A stretch of DNA of 64,000 nt, from assembly GCA_963675755.2 (NCBI GenBank), contig CAXXMD010000002.1, positions 1,760,001 to 1,824,000 of the forward strand, read 5' to 3'. Under the pieces are notes generated by a model. It did not search any database. It had not been told where the DNA came from and was given only the letters and a program-made list of their open reading frames with translations. The position numbers and the translations under genes are program-made. This stretch comes from a bacterium. Its GTDB lineage: Bacteria > Zhuqueibacterota > Zhuqueibacteria > Residuimicrobiales > Krinioviventaceae. Every line of letters begins with the position of its first letter. The first letter of the stretch is position 1. Below, piece by piece: positions 9,916 to 19,372 of the stretch.

Positions 9916-10749
9916 TTAATCGCCATCCCCTTTTACTAGCCCATTATTTTCAGACCTGAAATAGAAATACAGGTATCCTGCGGCAATTGCTCCACCAAAA
10001 TGCCAGAACGCATGCAGTTGAAACAAGCTTGAAGGATAACAAACAATCTTGTATGTATCAAGCAGCCAGATACCAAATGAAAACAACATGATAAAAAAAG
10101 CGTAAATCGGGAATCTGGCATTTACATCCCATTTCTTTTTCCATCTAATTTTAATCTCTAAAAAAATGCCGGCCAACAATGTTGCACCAAACGCATATCG
10201 CCTGAATACAGGTTGTGCAATTAAAAGATATACCAGAATAAAATTCAAGACACCAAACAGTATAATAACAAGGTACGTCTTTATTGAATAGAGTCGTGAA
10301 AGATTATATACAATAAAAAAACTTGAAAAAATGTACATTCCCATAACATCAAAAGTCTGCCCAACAAAAGAAAGTGATGCATGAAAAAATGCGCTCCCCA
10401 ATCCAATTACAATCATGGATATACTAAATATAACAGCATAAATATATTTAAATGGAATTGCATTATTTCCAGGTATTGTTGATCGGTTACGTTTATCAAC
10501 GTTGGCATGGGCCAAGGTAAGAAACCCAAGTAAAGTAAATGCAAGGGATGACCACGCATTTACGGGCTGTTTTACGGTGCCATCTCGTACCATTTCACAA
10601 AAACAACCCAGCTTGGTGGACAAACATGTTGCAGGGCTCCAGTCCGCCCATGAATACTCGATTTTACTGATAAATGCCAATACAATAACCAGAAGGCTAA
10701 ACAACAGGATTGGAAAGTAAAAATGTTTTGAATTATCAACTGAAATCAC
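9916..10749 (-). CDS. Ceramidase-like (CREST superfamily) multi-TM hydrolase
   Basis: 277 aa, multiple TM segments. CE...QPVNAWSS, SxxxH (GSAFFHAS), conserved Asp and HxxxH (HAFWH) motifs. Confidence 0.75.
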   Translation of the reverse strand: MISVDNSKHFYFPILLFSLLVIVLAFISKIEYSWADWSPATCLSTKLGCFCEMVRDGTVKQPVNAWSSLAFTLLGFLTLAHANVDKRNRSTIPGNNAIPFKYIYAVIFSISMIVIGLGSAFFHASLSFVGQTFDVMGMYIFSSFFIVYNLSRLYSIKTYLVIILFGVLNFILVYLLIAQPVFRRYAFGATLLAGIFLEIKIRWKKKWDVNARFPIYAFFIMLFSFGIWLLDTYKIVCYPSSLFQLHAFWHFGGAIAAGYLYFYFRSENNGLVKGDGD

Positions 10750-10930
10750 GGGGTCTGTGCCTTTTTATAATTCTATAGAATATAAAAATCCTGCAACAAA
10801 TCAAAATAATTTTATTTTCCTTCGTCCAAACCGCAAGTAGTTAACTCTACTAAAGGTTCGGAATATTTACCAGGACGTTTGTCCTGCAAACAAAAATGTG
10901 AATTGATTAGTTGCAGGTATAAAATTGTTT

Positions 10931-11152
10931 TCGGGATAAATATCCCGGATGAATAGATCGCGATGCAGGAATCTGCATCGCGATCCATACAGGAGTTTCG
11001 GACGGAGTAATAGAGGGTATATTTAAATCCTGATAATCCTTAAATCCTGTTAATCAAGGTGCATTTATACACCTGGCCCCAAGGCAGAGCCTTGGAACCA
11101 GGGAAAAAACAAGGGCCGGTCAAGTCGTAAGGGCGGACCTGCGTGTCCGCCC
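10931..11152. repeat. Mosaic of REP-like palindromes
   Basis: TCGGGATAAATATCCCG (similar to 17-33); GATCGCGATGCAG-GAAT-CTGCATCGCGATC (similar to 45-71); half REP ACAGGAGTTTCGGACGGAGTAA (similar to the RAYT flank); 9-mer AATCC units; CTGGCCCCAAGGCAGAGCCTTGGAACCAG at 11073-11101; GTAA-REP at 11127-11152. Confidence 0.8.
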
Positions 11153-11203
11153 GAAAATCTCCTTTAAGACAAAAAAATCAGGGTTCCTTTTTATTGAAAG
11201 AAA

Positions 11204-12154
11204 TTGTATATTCCATCTGTTACAGTAACAAAACAAAATCGGAGGTGCATTATCAAATCCGGAAAGAATAGCAATTTCATCATCTCCCGCCGGGATTTTC
11301 TCAAAGCCTCGGCAGCTGTAACCGCAGGTCTGGGCACACTTTCCCTTGCCTCCTGCGGCAAGCGTTCACCCCTCACATTCGGTATGGTAACGGATCTGCA
11401 TTACGCGGATATTGATACACGCGGCACACGCCATTACCGTGAATCTGCGGACAAGCTCCTCTCCTGCATCAACACGCTGAATCCGTTAAAACCGGATTTC
11501 CTCATCGAGTTGGGTGATTATAAGGACCAGGGCACCCCTCCGGATGAACAGTATACCTTGCGCTATCTCGAGGTGATCGAGTCCGTGTTTAAAACATTCG
11601 AGGGTCCCCGTTATCACGTGCTGGGCAATCACGATATGGACAGCCTCTCCAAACAGCAATTCATGGATACGGTCGACAATGCCAATATTCCCCATGCCTC
11701 TACACATTACAGTTTCGACGTCAAAGGTGTGCACATGGTGGTACTGGACGCCAACTATAACAATGACGGCACAGATTATGATCACGGCAATTATGATTGG
11801 ACCGATGCCAATATCAATCCCGATCAGCTTGACTGGTTGGAGCATGATCTGGCGCTCTCTCCTTTTCCGGCAATCATCTTTGTTCATCAATTGCTGGATG
11901 GCAGCGGAAAGCATTATGTCAACAATTCAGTAGCGGTGCGGGCCATTCTGCAAAAGCACAAAGTACTTGCCGTGTTCCAGGGACATCAACATGCGGGGCA
12001 ATATAACCAGGTTGAGGGTATTCATTATTATACCTTAAAAGCCATGGTAGAAGGCGGTGGCCCGGACAACTCGTCTTTTGCATTGGTACAGGTACACAAA
12101 AATTACGATATTAGTATTACCGGATATAAACAGGCGGAGAGTTTAGAACTTTAA
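11204..12154 (+). CDS. Tat-exported calcineurin-like metallophosphoesterase (possible lipoprotein); start uncertain
   Basis: SRRDFLK twin-arginine signal and LASC lipobox. DLH, GD, GNHD and GHQH metallophosphoesterase motifs. Confidence 0.85.
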   Translation: MYIPSVTVTKQNRRCIIKSGKNSNFIISRRDFLKASAAVTAGLGTLSLASCGKRSPLTFGMVTDLHYADIDTRGTRHYRESADKLLSCINTLNPLKPDFLIELGDYKDQGTPPDEQYTLRYLEVIESVFKTFEGPRYHVLGNHDMDSLSKQQFMDTVDNANIPHASTHYSFDVKGVHMVVLDANYNNDGTDYDHGNYDWTDANINPDQLDWLEHDLALSPFPAIIFVHQLLDGSGKHYVNNSVAVRAILQKHKVLAVFQGHQHAGQYNQVEGIHYYTLKAMVEGGGPDNSSFALVQVHKNYDISITGYKQAESLEL

Positions 12155-12158
12155 TTAA

Positions 12159-12190
12159 TCCTCCCGATGGGCTTAAATCCCTCGGGAGGA
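12159..12190. repeat. Intergenic palindrome (REP-like or terminator)
   Basis: TCCTCCCGA-TGGGCTTAAATCCC-TCGGGAGGA stem-loop with no U-tract. Confidence 0.55.
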
Positions 12191-12228
12191 TATTCTTACT
12201 AAAAACATATTTAATAACGAGGGATAGC

Positions 12229-14127
12229 ATGAAAAAAGTAGCTGGTTTATTGGTCATAACAGTAGTACTCGTTGTATCCGCTTGCACCCAAAATCATGAA
12301 ATCCATGTCTCCAAATCCGGGAACGATTCCAATCCCGGAACATCCCAAAAACCTTTACAAACCATACAGGCAGCCGCAAACAAGGCCCAGCCAGGCGATA
12401 TTATCACCGTGCATGAGGGAATATTTCGTGAACGCATCGATCCTCCCCGCGGCGGCGAATCGGATACCCAAAGAATCGTCTATCAGGCGGCCCCCGGCGA
12501 AAAAGTCGAGATCAAAGGCTCAGAGATCATCAAAGGCTGGCAAAAAAATCCGGATGGACTCTGGCAGATCAGCATTGCCAATTCCTTTTTTGGCGATTAC
12601 AATCCCTACGCAGACAGTATCTATGGCGACTGGTTCAATGATCGCGGCAGAATCCACCATACCGGTGATGTTTATCTGAACGGCAAATCCCTTTATGAAG
12701 TAGAGACGCTTGATCGGGTATTACATCCTGTTCCTGAAAAAGAAGCCGTGGACAAGACAGGCTCCTTATACACCTGGTATTGTGAGACCACTCCGGATTC
12801 TACAAAAATCTGGGCCAATTTCCACGAGTTTGATCCCAATCAGGAACTAGTCGAGATCAATGTAAGAGAAGCCTGCTTTTATCCCCGTGAAACCGGCAGG
12901 AATTACATCACAATACGCGGATTTGAAATGAGCCAGGCCGCGACACAATGGCCCGCCCCCACGGCAGAACAACCCGGGCTCATTGGCACCAATTGGAGCA
13001 TGGGCTGGATCATTGAAGACAATATCGTTCACGATTCCAGATGCGCGGGCATTACCCTGGGCAAAGACCGGGCAAGCGGCCACAATGTGTGGTCCAAAGA
13101 TCCTTCCAAAGGTGGCGCCGAGCATTACAACGAGGTCATCGAACGCGTACTTGCCAATGGCTGGCAAAAAGGCAACATCGGCTCGCATATCGTCAGAAAC
13201 AATACCATCTACAATTGTGAGCAATCCGGCATTTGCGGCAGCATGGGCGCGGCATTCTGCGAAATCACCAACAATCATATTTATAACATCTGGTACAAAA
13301 GGCAATTCAACGGTGCAGAAATTTCCGGCATCAAATTCCATGGTGCAATCGATACCATCATCAAAGGCAACAGTGTTCACGACAGTCAAAAAGGTCTCTG
13401 GCTCGACTGGATGACCCAGGGTACCCATGTGAGCAGCAATCTGTTTTACAACAATAACGAGGACTTTTTCGCCGAAGTCAATCACGGGCCATACCTGGTA
13501 AACAATAATCTGTTTTTATCTGCAACTGCAATACGAAACTGGTCCGAAGGCGGAGCCTATATACACAACCTCATCGCCGGTACACTCCGAAGTCGACCGC
13601 AGACACGCCATACACCTCATCTACAGCACCATTCCACAGCATTAGCTGGACTCTCCACCACTACCTGCGGAGATGACCGGTATTATAACAATATCTTTAT
13701 TGGCGGCACCAAAGACACTGAAAAATTGAGTAATGAGGAACGCAAAGTGGGCTATGGACTGTCGATCTATGACAACTGGGGATTTCCGGTCCAGGCAAGT
13801 GGCAATGTCTATTACAATGGAGCCAAACCCATGAGTAATGAAAAAGCCGAACTGATCAGCTCTACAAATCCCGATATAAAAATCGAGAAACAAGATGGCC
13901 ACACCTACATCTCGTTCAACATGCCTGACATGGACCAGGATTTTGACACACAAATGATCACATCCCCGATGTTGGGTGTATCAAAGATCGGTGAATTACC
14001 CTTTGAAAATCCGGATGGAACCGCTTTTGTCATTGATACGGATTATAACAATGTTCCACGAGATGTGGAACACCCTACTCCCGGTCCGTTTGAGGAGCCT
14101 GATGGAACACGCGTGCAGGTCAGATAA
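12229..14127 (+). CDS. Beta-helix glycoside hydrolase, GH120 beta-xylosidase-like lipoprotein
   Basis: 632 aa. Lipobox VSAC; motifs EINVREACFYP, QAATQWPAPTAEQPG, WLDWMTQG and AEVNHGP resemble GH120 XylC. Confidence 0.8.
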   Translation: MKKVAGLLVITVVLVVSACTQNHEIHVSKSGNDSNPGTSQKPLQTIQAAANKAQPGDIITVHEGIFRERIDPPRGGESDTQRIVYQAAPGEKVEIKGSEIIKGWQKNPDGLWQISIANSFFGDYNPYADSIYGDWFNDRGRIHHTGDVYLNGKSLYEVETLDRVLHPVPEKEAVDKTGSLYTWYCETTPDSTKIWANFHEFDPNQELVEINVREACFYPRETGRNYITIRGFEMSQAATQWPAPTAEQPGLIGTNWSMGWIIEDNIVHDSRCAGITLGKDRASGHNVWSKDPSKGGAEHYNEVIERVLANGWQKGNIGSHIVRNNTIYNCEQSGICGSMGAAFCEITNNHIYNIWYKRQFNGAEISGIKFHGAIDTIIKGNSVHDSQKGLWLDWMTQGTHVSSNLFYNNNEDFFAEVNHGPYLVNNNLFLSATAIRNWSEGGAYIHNLIAGTLRSRPQTRHTPHLQHHSTALAGLSTTTCGDDRYYNNIFIGGTKDTEKLSNEERKVGYGLSIYDNWGFPVQASGNVYYNGAKPMSNEKAELISSTNPDIKIEKQDGHTYISFNMPDMDQDFDTQMITSPMLGVSKIGELPFENPDGTAFVIDTDYNNVPRDVEHPTPGPFEEPDGTRVQVR

Positions 14128-14216
14128 AAAACGATAGCTTGCAATAAATCAGTACAATTATTTGTTGATAAATTGAATTATTTCAAATCAACATTATATT
14201 TTTTTGCAGGATAAAG

Positions 14217-17200
14217 ATGGACAATCACATTCAGGTTGAGTATACAAAAGAACTAGAAACAGTTCTCGGAAAACTGGACAAAATCACATTAAAACAGGCA
14301 TCCACCCTGTTCAATGCTTGGCAAAACAAACATTTTGAACAGTTGCAATCCTGTGAAATCATTTGCAAAAACGGTCAAAACAGCCTTTTTGTTCTGTTTG
14401 AAATCGATTTTTCTTCACTCAACTATTGGCAGGAATTAGACGCATTTGTTCATCAGTTATTGGACTGGTTACAGGGATTGGATACAACCGAAACCGATCT
14501 GTTTACCATTCCCTCAAGAGAAGCATTTGAAACAAAATATAATAAAGTCATTAACGGCTGTCCTGATAATCTGGAGCTGCAAATAACCGATCAATGGTGG
14601 AAAGCCCTTGCAGATGATACCCTGCGAATAAACATGTGGAAATGGCTTAATCGCCGTCGCCATGCTATTCAAAGAAACAATCTGAAACTCGGTAACAAGA
14701 TACGGGGATGGTCAAAAAAATCTGCAAAAGCATTACAGCAGGAAACACGCACCATCAATATGCAGGCATTTTTACAATATTATTATACCAGTTCCATATA
14801 TCCATTGATGATACAGAAAAGTTCACAATGTCATCAGCATATAGTATCCAATTATGAAAAACTGCACCACACGGTAAACAGCCTGTTGGACACCTTGTTC
14901 GCTATTCAGGAATTCCAAACCACCCTGGAAACCGGCAGCCCCTCGTTACTCAGGCAAAAAGCGAGCACGGCGGAAAACAGTATCCAGGAAATACAGGCAT
15001 TACTGTCAGATCAGAAAACCATTCTCGATCAAATACAGGATGACCTGAAATCCGGATTAGACTCCAGCAATGCGAAACTCATTAAAAACTGGAATTATGC
15101 AGGGACAGCCTTGCTTCCCGCACCCGTGTTCCATAGCAACAAGACCGAAAGTCAATGGCAAAAGAACCAGCAGGCACTAGATAAATCTTTTAACAGATGG
15201 AAATCTGTACTAGAGAGTGAAAAACAGGACTGGAAAAAAGACCTGGAACTTTCTCAACTGCAGATTCATACCATTATCACCAGTGTTGAAACCATAGAAA
15301 CCCTGCACCAGAAAATATTTGAACATATCTTGCCAACATTTCAGGATCCCCGATCCATGCTTCAGGACGCATTGGAAAAATTCAAAGATATGGAACAAAA
15401 TCCCAATGCTGAACTGAAAAAAGAAATACTCTCCGAAAACCGGATGACAATCCGTACACTTCGCAGAGAAAAGATCCCTAAAATTGTCGATACCATGCAA
15501 CAGGCCCAAATCCTGAAAACCCTTGAGAACTATCTCTCCCGCATCCGGTATAACGCGGAAAAATTGCCTGAACGGCAAAGTATACTTGATGCAAAAGAGA
15601 AAAAGATTGCCGAAGTTCCCCTGAAAGCCCTGATGATGGAAGAGGTTTTCCCGAAACTGGCCCAATCTCATGCACAAATCATGTCAGAGATTCAGCAAAA
15701 AACAGACAAGATCATTCGTGACATTCTGGAAGTTGATCAGATTGTTGAATTCAATTTCATAGCTGCATTGGATGTATTGGAGCAGGAACAGGCAGGCAAC
15801 CAGGAATCGATCAAAGTCGTCATTGAGGGACTCACCCGGGCCAACAACCAATTCTCAACACTGGCTGACAATTGCACAGAAATCAACCAGATTGCCAGGG
15901 ATTGGTTAATAAAATCTACATTTTCTTTTCAGTCCCAGGTCCACGAACTGGAAAACAGCGAAAAGATCAACGAACTGCAAATCCGGGTAGCCAAGGCCCA
16001 CACACGTGACAAGATCCGGCAGTACAAAAACAACTTTTTCACAAGCTTGAAAAAACTGCTGCCGGCCGCAATATTATTTATGCGGAATTCTTTTCAAAGT
16101 ATCAATTCCAATTATCAGAATATTAAAAAAATAACCGGACTGGGAACCATTCAACCGGACAGTGAACAACGCATTACCCGTTTTCTGCACGATTCTCAGA
16201 AACAACTGGATAAAATGCCATACGTATACCAGCGTTTGTTCAGACCTGCTCCGCTCGATGATGAACGATTTTTCGCCGGTAGAGACACCGAGCTTGAAAA
16301 GATCAAAGATATCTTTGCAAACTGGAAAACCCATCCCTATTCCGCAACCGCCATTGTGGGTGAAAATGGCAGCGGAAGGACCACATTACTGCATTTTGCG
16401 GAATCGCAGGTCTTTCGAGGCTACCCGGTAATGAAACTGGAATTAAACAAAACCATAACCAAGCCTGAGGACCTCTTTACCCGCCTGTCAGAAACGCTGA
16501 CCCAATTTGACGCAGAAACCCTGGATACTCTGGAAACAGAGATCAACAGCTCTGATAACCGTCTGGTGTGTATTGTAGAAAATGCACATAAATTGTTTTT
16601 ACGCACGGTAAATGGATTTGAAGCGCTTGAACGTTTTTTGTTATTTGTCTCGCGCACTCAGCAAAAGATATTCTGGGTTATCACATTCGGAATTTACAGT
16701 TGGAAATACCTAAATAAATCCATAGGTATATCCAGATATTTGGGAAATATCATTACACTTTCAGATATGCCCTTGTCCCAGATCGAAGCGATCATTTTAA
16801 AAAGACATCGGGTGAGCGGATATCGTCTGCAGTTTGAAGGTGAACCGGCATTGCTTGAATCCAGAAAATACAAAAAACTGGCATCCGAGGAATTACAACA
16901 GGAATTTTTGAAAAACGTTTATTTTGAACAACTTAATCGCCAATCATTGGGTAACATAACCGTAGCGCTGCTGCTCTGGCTTTTATCAATTCGTGAAATC
17001 AAAGAAGATAAACTGATCATCTCTCCCATTATCGAGTATGATGTTTCATTTTTACAGCAAATCTCACAGGATATTGTATTTACCTTTGCTGCATTTCTTC
17101 AACACCACATCCTGAATGAAGCTGAATATGCAGCCATTTTTCGCACCAATAATCAAAACAGCACCATGCAGCTTGAAAACCTTCGCAACAAGGGATTGTT

Positions 17201-17291
17201 GACCAAAGGGCCCAACGGGTATCAGTTACACCATCTGATTTACAGACCCGTTGTTAAAAACTTGAAAATGAACAATATATTGCAGGAATAA
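14217..17291 (+). CDS. Large helical protein with C-terminal P-loop ATPase-like domain
   Basis: 1024 aa. Long alpha-helical N-terminal region; FFAGRDTEL followed by Walker A-like GENGSGRTT. Confidence 0.7.
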   Translation: MDNHIQVEYTKELETVLGKLDKITLKQASTLFNAWQNKHFEQLQSCEIICKNGQNSLFVLFEIDFSSLNYWQELDAFVHQLLDWLQGLDTTETDLFTIPSREAFETKYNKVINGCPDNLELQITDQWWKALADDTLRINMWKWLNRRRHAIQRNNLKLGNKIRGWSKKSAKALQQETRTINMQAFLQYYYTSSIYPLMIQKSSQCHQHIVSNYEKLHHTVNSLLDTLFAIQEFQTTLETGSPSLLRQKASTAENSIQEIQALLSDQKTILDQIQDDLKSGLDSSNAKLIKNWNYAGTALLPAPVFHSNKTESQWQKNQQALDKSFNRWKSVLESEKQDWKKDLELSQLQIHTIITSVETIETLHQKIFEHILPTFQDPRSMLQDALEKFKDMEQNPNAELKKEILSENRMTIRTLRREKIPKIVDTMQQAQILKTLENYLSRIRYNAEKLPERQSILDAKEKKIAEVPLKALMMEEVFPKLAQSHAQIMSEIQQKTDKIIRDILEVDQIVEFNFIAALDVLEQEQAGNQESIKVVIEGLTRANNQFSTLADNCTEINQIARDWLIKSTFSFQSQVHELENSEKINELQIRVAKAHTRDKIRQYKNNFFTSLKKLLPAAILFMRNSFQSINSNYQNIKKITGLGTIQPDSEQRITRFLHDSQKQLDKMPYVYQRLFRPAPLDDERFFAGRDTELEKIKDIFANWKTHPYSATAIVGENGSGRTTLLHFAESQVFRGYPVMKLELNKTITKPEDLFTRLSETLTQFDAETLDTLETEINSSDNRLVCIVENAHKLFLRTVNGFEALERFLLFVSRTQQKIFWVITFGIYSWKYLNKSIGISRYLGNIITLSDMPLSQIEAIILKRHRVSGYRLQFEGEPALLESRKYKKLASEELQQEFLKNVYFEQLNRQSLGNITVALLLWLLSIREIKEDKLIISPIIEYDVSFLQQISQDIVFTFAAFLQHHILNEAEYAAIFRTNNQNSTMQLENLRNKGLLTKGPNGYQLHHLIYRPVVKNLKMNNILQE

Positions 17292-17294
17292 CCC

Positions 17295-18251
17295 GTGTAT
17301 CGTTATTTATTAGCCATATTACTTTTACTGGTTTCTATACAGGTATTTGCGCAATCCCAGGCAGATACAACGGTTCAGGATACTGTCAAGATTAAATCCC
17401 AGTTATCACAGGAACAGGAAGACCTTACCACAGTTATTCAGGAGACCCAACCCGAATGGTCCATTTCAGTCGGTAAAATATTCTGGGCTGTGTTTGTATT
17501 TTTAATCGGATTTCTGATTATCAAATACGCCACGCGTTTACTGGAATTGATGGGAGAACGCTGGAACCGTTTTCGATTGTCTATTATGGGTTTCATCCCT
17601 ATCATCAGGATTACAGGCTGGACCTTTGTAGCCTATATCATCATTGCAGATATTTTTGCACCTCCCATAGCCACATTGGTTGCACTGACAGCTTCCGCAG
17701 GTATCGCCATTGGATTTGCCTCTCAGGATATATTGAAAAATATATTTGGCGGTGTAATGATATTGTTTGATCGTCCGTTTCAGGTTGGTGATAAGATCGA
17801 AATTGGCAATTATTACGGAGAAGTGATAAGCATCGGACTGCGTACGGTACGCATTGTCACTCCGGACGATTCACAGGTTGCCATTCCCAACAGTGAAATT
17901 GTAAATCAATCTGTTTCCAACGCAAACGTGGGAGAATCCAACTGCCAGGTTGTAGCAGAGTTTTACCTGCCTGCCAATATAGACATCGGTAAAGTCAAAA
18001 AAATCGCGTATCGTGCCGCAGCAGTATCAAGATACATCTATCTCAACAAACCCATTGCCGTTATATTCAAAAACGAGATCCACGAAGGCCGGTCCATGCT
18101 GAAAATGCGCCTCAAAGCCTATGTGCTGGATATCCGTTACGAGTTTCCCTTTGCCAGCGAAATGACAGAGATTGTGATTGACGAGTTGTTAAAACAGAAA
18201 CTGTTGACCGTAGAAGATTTGAGCTTTTCTCATTATCGTAATATGAATTGA
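17295..18251 (+). CDS. MscS-family small-conductance mechanosensitive channel
   Basis: GIAIGFASQDILKNIFGG...DRPFQVGDKIEI...GEVISIGLRTV...IPNS. Starts 3 bp after the ATPase gene. Confidence 0.9.
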   Translation: MYRYLLAILLLLVSIQVFAQSQADTTVQDTVKIKSQLSQEQEDLTTVIQETQPEWSISVGKIFWAVFVFLIGFLIIKYATRLLELMGERWNRFRLSIMGFIPIIRITGWTFVAYIIIADIFAPPIATLVALTASAGIAIGFASQDILKNIFGGVMILFDRPFQVGDKIEIGNYYGEVISIGLRTVRIVTPDDSQVAIPNSEIVNQSVSNANVGESNCQVVAEFYLPANIDIGKVKKIAYRAAAVSRYIYLNKPIAVIFKNEIHEGRSMLKMRLKAYVLDIRYEFPFASEMTEIVIDELLKQKLLTVEDLSFSHYRNMN

Positions 18252-18377
18252 AACAATATAAAAAGATCTGACATAACTTTTTATAAACAGTCCATGCAAT
18301 CCTCTTAACAATTTCTTTATTTGATTATTTTGTCACAATTTTCTAGTTTATAAATTACACAAACTCTTGATATAAAT

Positions 18378-19262
18378 ATGTTTCATCGAATAAATAATCT
18401 TTTAAAACAACCGTATCCCTTTGATTACAGACCCAGGGCAATTTTCAATCACTCTTTAAGTATTGGTCTGTTTATCTTTTTATTCCTGTTCATTTTCCAA
18501 CCCTTTGAGCTGCAACCCGTCAATGAATCGCTCCTGACCAAAACACTGGTGTATCTGGGTTATGGCATGATCACGTTTATTGTTTCCTTTTTATATCATT
18601 TCCTGCTTCCCCTCTTGTTTCCACAGATCATCAGGCAGGAACAGGTCCAAATTAAATATGAAATTCTATTTTCCATCGGTATTCTTTTTATTATCGGTAT
18701 TGCAAATGCAATTTATCATAATAGCTTGTATCCTGAACATACAATACTGAAAAGCATCCTTTATTTTCAATATTTCACTTTTACTATAGGATTTTTCCCC
18801 ATCATTCTCTTTCTCATGCTGGATGTAATCATGAAACAGCGCAGAAACCTGATCGATGCCAGTAAAATGAATTCAGAGATCCGGAAACAGGTAATCGATA
18901 AAGACTCCAACTCACAGATCATTACACTCACATCGGACAATGAAAAAGAGTCCATGACAATACCCACAGACAAACTGCTATATATTAAATCCGCTGGTAA
19001 TTATGTTACTGTCTATTTTAATCAAAATGGTAAAATACATTTTGAATTGTTACGAACACCGATCAAACGCATTCAATCATTGTTAATTGACTATCCTCAC
19101 ATTCTCCGCTGTCACCGCATGTATATCATCAACCTGCAGAACATCAATTCCGTTGTAGGTGATTCTCAAGGATACCAGATATCCTTAAAAGACACATCCG
19201 AAACCATTCCCGTATCACGTGGTTATTTAAAGCCATTCAGGCAAGCTGTTGATCAAATTTAA
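18378..19262 (+). CDS. Membrane-anchored LytTR-family transcriptional regulator
   Basis: About four N-terminal TM helices; C-terminal LLYIKSAGNYV...RCHRMYIINL...IPVSRGY LytTR signature. Confidence 0.88.
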   Translation: MFHRINNLLKQPYPFDYRPRAIFNHSLSIGLFIFLFLFIFQPFELQPVNESLLTKTLVYLGYGMITFIVSFLYHFLLPLLFPQIIRQEQVQIKYEILFSIGILFIIGIANAIYHNSLYPEHTILKSILYFQYFTFTIGFFPIILFLMLDVIMKQRRNLIDASKMNSEIRKQVIDKDSNSQIITLTSDNEKESMTIPTDKLLYIKSAGNYVTVYFNQNGKIHFELLRTPIKRIQSLLIDYPHILRCHRMYIINLQNINSVVGDSQGYQISLKDTSETIPVSRGYLKPFRQAVDQI

Positions 19263-19372
19263 TGCAGTTCGTCACTAATAAGGGACATTGATCCCTAAAA
19301 TTGAAAATCATGAATATTTTATGATATTTTATCGTAGTTACGATTAAATATCATAAACATTAAGGAAGAACC

